From the NCBI GenBank assembly GCA_024680155.1, contig JAILCM010000181.1:902-64901 (forward strand): a stretch of 64,000 nt of DNA. The letters run 5' to 3'. Origin of the DNA: Treponema sp. GTDB lineage: Bacteria; Spirochaetota; Spirochaetia; Treponematales; Treponemataceae. Shown in pieces: positions 49,799 to 57,118 of this stretch. Positions within the stretch are counted from its first letter, which is position 1, and every line of letters starts with the position of its first letter. The notes under the pieces are model-generated. The model was not told where the DNA came from. It did not search any database and saw only the letters and a program-made list of their open reading frames with translations. The translations under genes were made by a program, and so were the position numbers.

Positions 49799-50923
49799 TT
49801 ACATATTCCTCCTTATTGTATTACTTGAAGTTTCTTGAGTTCGTGAAAGTCTATCGGGATTTTCCCAAATAACACGCTCATCAGAGAATTTTACTGAATA
49901 GATTTTTTTTAAATCAACATTGAATTTTTCTATATCCTTAAGACATGTCATTCCTTCGTACTTGTCAAAGCGGTAATTAAGCTTTCCTTCAAGGCTGATT
50001 TTACAAGTTGCCTGTTTTCCAGAATGCTTTTTAGCCTTAATAAGAACATATGAATCTTTATCAAGCCCAACTAAATCCCATGATACATCAAACCCCTGAT
50101 TTTTTAATTCCCTGACAATTGCTTTTGCAGTTTCACGACGGACTTCTTCATCAATCAAAGAATTATCAACAGAAGAACGAATTGTATCGAGTTTTTCTGC
50201 AACTTCAGATTCTGAAGATTCAGAAGTAAGAGAATCTCTTAAAGCTTGCATTTCATTGAGAATTTTATTCTTGTTATCTGCGATTTCAAATTTTTCATTT
50301 TCGGTTGATTTGATAGCAGAATCTATTTGAGCAGAAAGAATTGCAATTTTTTCTGCAGCAAGTTTTTCTTCTTTCCATTTTTTTGCCTTTTTGTCAGCTA
50401 AATCACAAACTGTTTTGATTTGTTGTTTCAGTTCTTCTTCTGAGGAAATATTTTCGTTTTGGATTTTTGATTTTATGTTTTCTAATTCTTGAACAGCAAA
50501 ATTTGCTACAGCAGGACTTTTGATTTGTGACAACTGCTCATAAAAAAAATCTTCAAGTTTAGATTTTGCCTCGGCTTTCTGCCGTTGTATTTCTTCATAC
50601 CTAATCCGTTCTTGTCTTGCAAATTCTTCTTTTGCTGAACGAACAAGAAAATCCATTGAACTCAAGGAATTTTGTACTTGATAACACAATCTGCGTGCTT
50701 CAAAAACATCTGTCTGCAAAAGATTAGCAATAGATTTCATATTCCGGCCAAGCTCGCCCATCTCATCGGGAATGTAAGTATCGTATTCTGCAGCTTTCAT
50801 TTCCGAAAAACATGCAGTAATTTCTTTGAAGGCTCTTTCTGAAAATTCTTTAGCCCGATTGCGTTCTAATTCCTCACGACGTTTACGTTCAAGCGCATAT
50901 CTCGCATCATATTCGTGGCTCAT
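49799..50923 (-). CDS. Coiled-coil protein with a small alpha/beta C-terminal domain
   Basis: Long heptad helices, then LKNQGF.V...ISLEGKLNYRFDKYEGMTCLKDI...WENPD. GGAGGA SD and an ATGA overlap set the start at 50923. Confidence 0.75.
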   Translation of the reverse strand: MSHEYDARYALERKRREELERNRAKEFSERAFKEITACFSEMKAAEYDTYIPDEMGELGRNMKSIANLLQTDVFEARRLCYQVQNSLSSMDFLVRSAKEEFARQERIRYEEIQRQKAEAKSKLEDFFYEQLSQIKSPAVANFAVQELENIKSKIQNENISSEEELKQQIKTVCDLADKKAKKWKEEKLAAEKIAILSAQIDSAIKSTENEKFEIADNKNKILNEMQALRDSLTSESSESEVAEKLDTIRSSVDNSLIDEEVRRETAKAIVRELKNQGFDVSWDLVGLDKDSYVLIKAKKHSGKQATCKISLEGKLNYRFDKYEGMTCLKDIEKFNVDLKKIYSVKFSDERVIWENPDRLSRTQETSSNTIRRNM

Positions 50924-52869
50924 ATGTTCTTTCCTCCATTGTTTGTTTTTTTCAATTCCGCAATTCTGGAATTTATCTGACAATTATATTTTTCCACAAT
51001 TTCTATAGTTCCATAACAGTTCTTTAGATTCCCGAAATTAGTTTTCCATGTATTCAAAGCGTCCTTTAATTTCTTTTCATCACTTTCGGAATTTATTTTT
51101 TTCAGTAAAGAAGCAAAATCCAATGCTCTTTTCTCTAAATCGCAGTGTGAACCTTCAAGTTTTTCTGAAAACGCTTTTTTAAATACATCGTTTTTTGCCT
51201 GTTCTGAATACAATTTCCCGATAACTCTCTGCTTATCAAGAAAGCCAACAGAATCAAAAGATATATTCTTAATAAATTCAATCAATTTCCAAATTTCTTC
51301 GACAGAATCTGTTGGTTGGAGAGATTCAAGCACTATTTTTAGAAAATCCCGTAAAACCTGATTTTTAACAATAGAAATTGAAGAATAATATTCTATAATC
51401 TTCCTTGCTGAAGAAAAATCCGTAACACTCTGCTTGATTTGTTCCTTGTTGATAATCAGATTGAACACAATTTCATCAGAAACACATTTTTTGCCAGTCA
51501 GATTGAAACTGCGCTGATTCAGTTCATTGATTTTCTCGGATTTGTCTTTTACAGAACCATTTGAGACAAGTTTTTCAAAATATGAATTGAATTCATTCTT
51601 AAAGCCATTCTCTTCATTCAAAAGGAGCAGGACACTCGGCTCGGTTCTAAAATATTTTTCCACGAGTGGCAGAATGAAATTCTTGGTATTTGGCTTTACG
51701 TTTTTGGGAAGATATGCAAAAGTCAATTCTTTTGAAACGTCTCCAGCTTTTACAGGAAATTTTTCGACATTTAGTGAAAAAGTTTCGTTCATAAAAATAA
51801 TATTCGGCGGCAATATTCTTTCTGGAACAGACAAAACGAAAATTGCGTTTTCGGAAGAAATTGAAAAATTCTGTGAATTTGACAAAATAACAATTCTTAA
51901 GGACTGTTTTTTATCGCTTTTTTTATTTTTCGTGTCTGATTTTTTCACAAGTTTTTCTTTATCAAAAAGAGAGCTTTCGATTAAAAAAGTTTTATAGGTA
52001 TCATTTTTCAGATAAGATTGAATACGATTATTCAAATCATTAAACAAGATTATCTGCTGAATCTGCTCATCAGGCTTAGAGATTTCAGTTAAAGGACATT
52101 TCACAAGGCTTTCTAGTGGAGTATTCTCAAAATTTTCCAAGCTTGACTCTTCAAGTTCCGTAACCTTATTGCCTTCGATTTTCCAAATAAGTCCGTCTTT
52201 TAACTGCACCTTACAGGAAATATTGTCAAAGCAAGTTTCTATTTTTATTGGCAGAACAGAATCAATTTCCGTGTTGTTTTTCAGCCAATCAAGTTTTTTC
52301 TGCTTTTTTTTCTTTCCTTTTCCTTGTTCTGAGTTTTCTAGATTTTCATTTTTAGGTCTTTGGGATTCAATATATTCACGGACAAGCCTTTTTGGGAAAG
52401 GCGTTTCCTCAACAGAAACATAATTACCTTCTGCTTCATCACTAAATTTTTCCCTATCCCAAATCAACTTATTTTTAGAAACATCATAGACAACATCAAG
52501 CATATCATTTGAATGCTCACCAGGCAAAAGCCCTTTCTGCTGCATTTCTCTTCCAAGAGAAAGAACTTCAACATCTTTCAGAGTAAGTTCAGAAAGGAGA
52601 ATATCATCGGTCAGTTTGGGACAGGTAACTGCCTGTAAATCATATAGTTTTTTCAGAATCGGCTTTATGAGTTTTTCAGGATTTTCAATATGAAAATAAT
52701 TCTTGAAAAAATCTTCTAAATTTTCATTCTGAAATTCAGTTCCGCTCGATTTTATCAAGATTTCCAAAAAGAGCCATTCAAATGCTGTTGAATTTCGCGA
52801 TGTTACATGAGAAACATTCACTTTATATTTTACAAACGGATATGAAATTATTTCTTCACAAACTTCCAT
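50920..52869 (-). CDS. Hypothetical helicase partner protein (649 aa), possible N-terminal winged helix
   Basis: Starts 9 nt after the helicase stop with an AGGAG SD. N-terminal R..T.FEWLFLE...LIKPILKKL...LGREM pattern. No HKD or PD-(D/E)xK motif recognised. Confidence 0.7.
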   Translation of the reverse strand: MEVCEEIISYPFVKYKVNVSHVTSRNSTAFEWLFLEILIKSSGTEFQNENLEDFFKNYFHIENPEKLIKPILKKLYDLQAVTCPKLTDDILLSELTLKDVEVLSLGREMQQKGLLPGEHSNDMLDVVYDVSKNKLIWDREKFSDEAEGNYVSVEETPFPKRLVREYIESQRPKNENLENSEQGKGKKKKQKKLDWLKNNTEIDSVLPIKIETCFDNISCKVQLKDGLIWKIEGNKVTELEESSLENFENTPLESLVKCPLTEISKPDEQIQQIILFNDLNNRIQSYLKNDTYKTFLIESSLFDKEKLVKKSDTKNKKSDKKQSLRIVILSNSQNFSISSENAIFVLSVPERILPPNIIFMNETFSLNVEKFPVKAGDVSKELTFAYLPKNVKPNTKNFILPLVEKYFRTEPSVLLLLNEENGFKNEFNSYFEKLVSNGSVKDKSEKINELNQRSFNLTGKKCVSDEIVFNLIINKEQIKQSVTDFSSARKIIEYYSSISIVKNQVLRDFLKIVLESLQPTDSVEEIWKLIEFIKNISFDSVGFLDKQRVIGKLYSEQAKNDVFKKAFSEKLEGSHCDLEKRALDFASLLKKINSESDEKKLKDALNTWKTNFGNLKNCYGTIEIVEKYNCQINSRIAELKKTNNGGKNI

Positions 52870-52878
52870 TATAGGCTC

Positions 52879-55800
52879 CTATTTTACACTCGATTCTTTG
52901 TATTCTTCCAAAATTACCTTTTCTAAATCAGCCGAAATTAATTTTGAAGATCGTGCAAAACAACCTCGACGTTTTAAATCATCGATAATAGTCTCATAAA
53001 CAGGAAGGGTTATCTCGCCCTCGCTGTCCATCTTTGGAATTGTGATTTTCTGCCTTCTATAAGTATGCTCCGCTCCTACAATAAATAAAAGATTCTGCGC
53101 ACGAGAAAATGCAACATTTATTCGCTCATAAGTAACAACATGCTTTGAGGCATTTCCAAATTTATTATTTCTAACAAGGCTCGTAATGATGATGTTTTTC
53201 TCTTTGCCTTGAAATCTGTCTACAGTGTTCACATCAACATCAATAGATTCAAAATCAGACTTGAATTCTTTTGCAGTGCGGATTTTCTTTACTTCAGTCC
53301 GAATTTCATTAACCTGTCGCTGATAAAAACTGATTACACCGACAGAAACAGGATTGTCTTTAGTTCCGAACAAAACTTTTTCACCTTTATCATTTATTCC
53401 CTCATAAGGATTTTTCTTGTAATAAGTGGCAATCTTTTTCAAGAGCTCTACAATCAGATATTTTTCAAGAATATTGCAAGCTGAAGTACTGTTTTCAATA
53501 AAAGTTTCATTTATAGGAGTTCCGCTCGGCAAAAATGAAGAATTAATCCAGTAAACATGATTCATCGGCTGAATGAAAGAAGATCCGTCAATTCCGTCAA
53601 TCTTAAGATTATGGGCTTTTTCCCAGGCTTCTTCCCCTGTTGAAAGTCCATTCCGCAATCTGCCGTCATAAAAACGGTTGATTACATTCATAATATCGGA
53701 GTGCATACGATACTGTGTCAGAAGCGAATGTTTGATTTTTTCATCAGCCTTTTCAAAATACGATTTAAAAAGAGAGGCTGTTACCATATTCTTATATTTA
53801 TTGAAATTCTCTTCTGTTAAAACAGCCCTTAACTCTTCTTCGTCATCACTCAAATCATCAATCATCTCTTTGTATGATTTCTCGTGTTCCTCAAACATCG
53901 GCGGAAGCTGACGATGGTCGCCAACAAGAATAACTTTTCCAGCCTTCATAAGCGGTATAAGCAGTTCCGGTGGAGTTGCCTTACTTACCTCATCAATTAT
54001 AACTACATCAAAATTGTCAAAACCTTTTTGAGTAAGTTTTATCATATTGTTGGTACAGGAAATACCGACTACATTGCAGGAATTTATGTAATCATCAATA
54101 AAAAACTCATTGTCGTACTTAAAAGTATTTTCGTCGTCAAGTTTTTTACAGAATTTCTGCATTGTGTCACCAAAGATTGAGCGGATAAGTTTTGAGTTTT
54201 CCTGCTCATTCTGCAATTCTTTTAGACGAGAGTTTATTGTTTCTGACAGGTCAATATCATTAGTATCTTCCGAAGCGTTATATCTTGAACGAAGTTCACG
54301 GATTTGTTTTTGCTTTGAGTTACTCTGATTCTGCTTATCAGAACGTTCCTGTTTGAGAACTGTGATTTTCCCTTCAAGTAAGTGTTTTTGTTCTGTAAGT
54401 GCATTAAATTCTTCTGCTGATTCAGAACGGAGCAAATCCTGCATTTTACTCTGTGCGGAATAAACTGCGGCATTCCATTCGCTGCAAATAGATTCAAGTA
54501 GGGAAACCACAGAATTTTTGTCATCTTTACAGCGGTTCTGCAAATCCTCCGAAAATGAGTTTTGTATATTAGTAGATAATTCTAATCCACCTGAGATTTG
54601 AAGTTTATCTTTTTTCAGTTTCAGTTCTTTAAGTTCTTTTTTCTTTGCACGGCTTTTTTCGAAATCATCGGACTCAAATGCCTCTGACATTTCCTTTCTG
54701 CACAATTCAATTCTTGCATTAAGATTTGAAAGTTCAGAATTTGCAGTGTTTGAAGAAACCGATTTATTTAAATTTTCAATTAAATTCTTGATTTCTTTTG
54801 TGATAAGCTGATGTGCCAAAATAAAGTTTTCAGGAATTGATATTCCACTGACACTTGAAAAAGTTTTGATATTTTCCAATTCTTTTACGAGAATTGAATC
54901 AAATTCATCTGGAAGAACTTCATACGCTTTACCACCTTTTATAAAAATTTTGAAAGTCTCGAACTTTCTACGTAGATTTTCCTTGTCAGATTCAGCGTCT
55001 TCAATTTTTTTAATTCTGTCTTCAACATGGCTATAATTAGAATTTGCAGAATCTAGTTCTTTTTGTTTTTCCATAATCTGACTGCGAAGAGAATTCAAAT
55101 CATCTTGCAAAAGAGAAATATCGCGTGCATCTTTCTTGCATTGGGCAAGTTCTTCGTCAGATTTTTTCCAGTTATCAAGGAACTTTGAAGAAATAGACTC
55201 CGAAAGCGACTTGTAATAATACTTCAAGGCATCTTTTTCAATGTATTTACAGTCCTGCTCCTCACCGTTCTTCTTTTTCTTTTTCCCACCACGACCACCA
55301 AGACGAATAGCACGGATAGAAGGATTGTTTGCAAGCCTGTCCAAAGCGTTATCAACTGCATCGTTAGACTGCGAAGAAACAAGAACACGAAGCCCTTTTC
55401 GAGTAAACTGATATATTATCTCAGCGATTACAGTTGTTTTTCCAGTTCCAGGCGGTCCTTGTAACAAAAACAATTCTTCTGCATTTAAGGCCTTTTCTAC
55501 AGCACGTCTCTGGTTTTCATTTTCTGCAATTTTAGGATTCGCCCAATCTGTTATCTGAGGTGCTTCATTTACAGGAACAGAAGCGTTTTTTACATTAAAA
55601 AGCCAGTTTATAAGAGTCTGTGAATAGCAGTTTCCTTCACGTAAATCATTTATCGCATTTTCAAAACGTCTGATAAGAGCAAATTCGCCTGCTGCAGAAA
55701 GTGCAATAAAACCATTTTTCGGAATGTCTGAAAGATATTTTTCAATATCTAGGTCATCTTCTTCGGGAAGTTTATAAGAAGAATAAACAACATAAGCACA

Positions 55801-56721
55801 TTTGAACTGATTTTTCAAATCCTCTTCCGAAAAAGATTCTTTGCTTGAAGCAATAATTTCCTTGTCTTTTTCAGGTGACTTCGGATGTTCATGAACAGCA
55901 TTAGGATTTTCTTCTGAAATTCCTTTTAATTCATGTTCATTTGAAAAAGAAGTATTTTCAGAAGATTTCTGGAAAGAGCCTAACTCAACTCTATCAATAA
56001 AACGTAAATCTCTATCGTATTTAAAATTCCAAAAATCAAGCGAAATCAAGTTGTTATAAACACAAGCATTGCTTTTTTGTAGATAACGATTTTCTCTTTC
56101 AAATACAGCTTTGGATTCAAAAATCAAACCAAAAGTAAGTGTATTATTTTCATTGTCAAATTTAAAATCAAAATATTTTGCGCCATGAATCTGTTTATTC
56201 GCAATTTCCCGTCGCCACCGAAGATAAAGTTGCCATTCCTGAAGATTTTTGACGGTTGCAGCACGAAGTGAATCAAGAGAAGCAACACAATCCACAAAAG
56301 TTTCGTCACTGGGATTAGGTCTAGGTATTACAAGAATTTCAGTCTCTCTCTCATAATCTTGTATATCAGTTTTTTGCACAATTTGTATAGAGTCAATTAT
56401 AGCACATCCATTATAACGATGTCCGACAAACAGGAACGTTTCATTAGCACCAAGATAACGTTCGCAAAAATCCCCTTCTTCATGAACAGAACGGAGCCCA
56501 AAAGCAATTCTTTCACTTGAAGCAGAAAGATTACGAACAAAAATATGTTTTGGCAAACCTACAGGAAAAACTTCTTTAATAACCGAGTCAAGAAGATTAT
56601 TTGTTCCTAAATCTCTTAATTTAGGACAACGAGTTAACAAATCTTTTATATTTTCTTTTCGTTTTTGTTCATCACGATTTCCAACATTTAGTCTGATGCA
56701 AATTTTTACTCGATCTACCAT
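52879..56721 (-). CDS. Superfamily 1 helicase, DNA2/NAM7(Upf1)-like, with a large coiled-coil insertion
   Basis: QGPPGTGKT, SSQSNDAVDN, IIDEVSK, VGDHRQLPP, LTQYRMH, TVDRFQGKEK and RINVAFSRA are all intact. Confidence 0.92.
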   Translation of the reverse strand: MVDRVKICIRLNVGNRDEQKRKENIKDLLTRCPKLRDLGTNNLLDSVIKEVFPVGLPKHIFVRNLSASSERIAFGLRSVHEEGDFCERYLGANETFLFVGHRYNGCAIIDSIQIVQKTDIQDYERETEILVIPRPNPSDETFVDCVASLDSLRAATVKNLQEWQLYLRWRREIANKQIHGAKYFDFKFDNENNTLTFGLIFESKAVFERENRYLQKSNACVYNNLISLDFWNFKYDRDLRFIDRVELGSFQKSSENTSFSNEHELKGISEENPNAVHEHPKSPEKDKEIIASSKESFSEEDLKNQFKCAYVVYSSYKLPEEDDLDIEKYLSDIPKNGFIALSAAGEFALIRRFENAINDLREGNCYSQTLINWLFNVKNASVPVNEAPQITDWANPKIAENENQRRAVEKALNAEELFLLQGPPGTGKTTVIAEIIYQFTRKGLRVLVSSQSNDAVDNALDRLANNPSIRAIRLGGRGGKKKKKNGEEQDCKYIEKDALKYYYKSLSESISSKFLDNWKKSDEELAQCKKDARDISLLQDDLNSLRSQIMEKQKELDSANSNYSHVEDRIKKIEDAESDKENLRRKFETFKIFIKGGKAYEVLPDEFDSILVKELENIKTFSSVSGISIPENFILAHQLITKEIKNLIENLNKSVSSNTANSELSNLNARIELCRKEMSEAFESDDFEKSRAKKKELKELKLKKDKLQISGGLELSTNIQNSFSEDLQNRCKDDKNSVVSLLESICSEWNAAVYSAQSKMQDLLRSESAEEFNALTEQKHLLEGKITVLKQERSDKQNQSNSKQKQIRELRSRYNASEDTNDIDLSETINSRLKELQNEQENSKLIRSIFGDTMQKFCKKLDDENTFKYDNEFFIDDYINSCNVVGISCTNNMIKLTQKGFDNFDVVIIDEVSKATPPELLIPLMKAGKVILVGDHRQLPPMFEEHEKSYKEMIDDLSDDEEELRAVLTEENFNKYKNMVTASLFKSYFEKADEKIKHSLLTQYRMHSDIMNVINRFYDGRLRNGLSTGEEAWEKAHNLKIDGIDGSSFIQPMNHVYWINSSFLPSGTPINETFIENSTSACNILEKYLIVELLKKIATYYKKNPYEGINDKGEKVLFGTKDNPVSVGVISFYQRQVNEIRTEVKKIRTAKEFKSDFESIDVDVNTVDRFQGKEKNIIITSLVRNNKFGNASKHVVTYERINVAFSRAQNLLFIVGAEHTYRRQKITIPKMDSEGEITLPVYETIIDDLKRRGCFARSSKLISADLEKVILEEYKESSVK

Positions 56722-56727
56722 AATCTT

Positions 56728-56736
56728 ATTATATCA
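56728..56736 (-). promoter_or_regulatory. Extended -10 promoter (leaderless) of the six-gene operon
   Basis: TGATATAAT on the minus strand, ATG 6 nt downstream, no SD. Confidence 0.55.
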
Positions 56737-56797
56737 CCGTTTATTTCAAAAGTTGACAAAAAAAACGCTTAAAAAAATCATACATCATCTACTAACT

Positions 56798-56832
56798 AAA
56801 AAAGGCTTCTTTCAGTGTGAAAGAAGCCTTTG
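56798..56832 (-). terminator. Intrinsic terminator insulating the island from the upstream core operon
   Basis: AAAGGCTTCTTTCA-GTG-TGAAAGAAGCCTTT with an A-tract on the left (U-tract on the minus strand). Confidence 0.75.
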
Positions 56833-56856
56833 ATGCAATATTGTCTTTGGGAATTT

Positions 56857-57078
56857 CTATTTATCCAACAACTTATCAATAGATTTTGTAAGTTCAGCCT
56901 GCTCTTTTGGGAAGTTGGCGTTTAAAAATTCAAAACATTCAACTGCAGAGCGCTGAGCGTGTTCGTACCAGATTGAATAAAGTTCGGTTGTAATTTCACC
57001 ACCGGGAAAAGGAGCTCCCTGAATGGCAGAGACCAGTCCGCGCATCATTTTTACACATTCTTTTGTCTTTTTATCCAT
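56857..57078 (-). CDS. Small hypothetical protein
   Basis: AAGGAG SD, 73-aa ORF, followed by a terminator. Confidence 0.7.
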   Translation of the reverse strand: MDKKTKECVKMMRGLVSAIQGAPFPGGEITTELYSIWYEHAQRSAVECFEFLNANFPKEQAELTKSIDKLLDK

Positions 57079-57118
57079 AAAATAATACTCCTTTTTGACT
57101 CTCGATTTTGTTCTATAA

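Noticed and set aside
43757-56758. AAAAGTTGAC at 43757, 46257 and 56748 as att sites or a shared operator
   Set aside because: This is an A-tract plus -35-like hexamer, expected in AT-rich promoter DNA. It is too short, and the copies do not bracket the island.
42700-56860. CRISPR array or cas genes accompanying the CARF protein
   Set aside because: No regularly spaced direct repeats and no Cas1/Cas10/RAMP motifs were seen anywhere in the window.
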